64,000 nucleotides of DNA. It comes from Laetmonice hystrix (Eukaryota). How positions within the stretch are numbered: the first letter of the stretch is position 1; every line of letters starts with the position of its first letter. Of this stretch, positions 63,400 through 64,000 are shown in pieces. A model generated the notes under the pieces. That model searched no databases. It saw only the letters and a list, made by a program, of their open reading frames with translations, and had not been told where the DNA came from. The position numbers and the translations under genes were made by a program. The stretch lies in assembly GCA_965235115.1 (NCBI GenBank), contig OZ249452.1, positions 21,080,001 through 21,144,000 on the forward strand, in the 5' to 3' direction.

Positions 63400-64000
63400 C
63401 TGCAATTAGGATCGGACATAAGTAACTCCATACTCCACCATGTCGTCCCCATTATTAGGGTTGTTATATGGTCAGCAACCACTGCCCTGCAATACTTGTA
63501 CCTTTTCTGTACAGCCTGGTCTCTCTTTTTTCTTTCCTTATTAAACCAATACCAAATTACATAAAAAGAAAGTCAAGAGTCTGCTGCCAAACTAGTTAAG
63601 ATTTATATCTTGTGGCTTGGTGAATTCAACAATGTTCAACTCTCTGTTTCTGACATCTGTGTCAGAAAAAGTGCCCAAGAATATGTCACAGCGCCTAAAA
63701 AGACACTGTATGATCATTCGAATTTCAACATGTTCAACATGCAAATACATTAGGAAGCTACCATTACCTATTCATTTAAAAAAAACAAATATGAACAAAA
63801 GGTGCAACAATTCATTGCTAGAACATGCTTGCCAGGTCACAATAACCGACACTAACCGACACTGGCATTCAACAACCTCATTTTCTTTTCTTTCTCTCAT
63901 ACTCAATTTGCAAGACGTCGCGTGAGACGTATTGCAGCAGCAGCAAAAAACATATTGCTGAACAGCTAAACGCTTGAAATTGGCAACGGCCCCAACGCTG

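Noticed and set aside
1-64000. Naming the gene TTN, sls, unc-22/twitchin or projectin
   Set aside because: Domain content fits the family, but there is no kinase, terminus or diagnostic segment in the window and the organism is unknown, so orthology cannot be asserted.

Overview
Eukaryotic (probably invertebrate) genomic DNA occupied end to end by one minus-strand gene for a giant intracellular Ig/Fn3/PEVK protein of the titin/connectin/sallimus type. The gene is incomplete at both window edges and no kinase domain is visible. I reconstructed 33 exons by hand (W1-W33 in transcription order), about 38.2 kb coding or about 12,700 aa: 6 Fn3 domains, about 47 I-set Ig domains and many PEVK/acidic linkers. 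The main feature is the exon architecture. 29 consecutive introns are phase 1 and sit in the same Gly codon inside an Ig domain (C-x-x-x-G|x-P-x-P), so 28 exons are frame-symmetric cassettes of [rear 2/3 of an Ig]-[variable linker]-[front 1/3 of the next Ig], nearly all with weak GT(T/C) donors. They feed into one intronless exon of at least 9.7 kb that holds a 5-Ig super-repeat and an unexplained ~240-aa non-Ig insert. Also present: six near-identical 813-bp exon copies, five paralogous PEVK exons, three near-identical Fn3 modules, one exon with a -1 frameshift, a probable GC-AG intron, a CRE-palindrome-rich coding repeat, a hAT-like MITE, several intronic minisatellites and a 142-N gap. No rRNA, tRNA or CRISPR. 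Alternative splicing is inferred from structure only, not shown.
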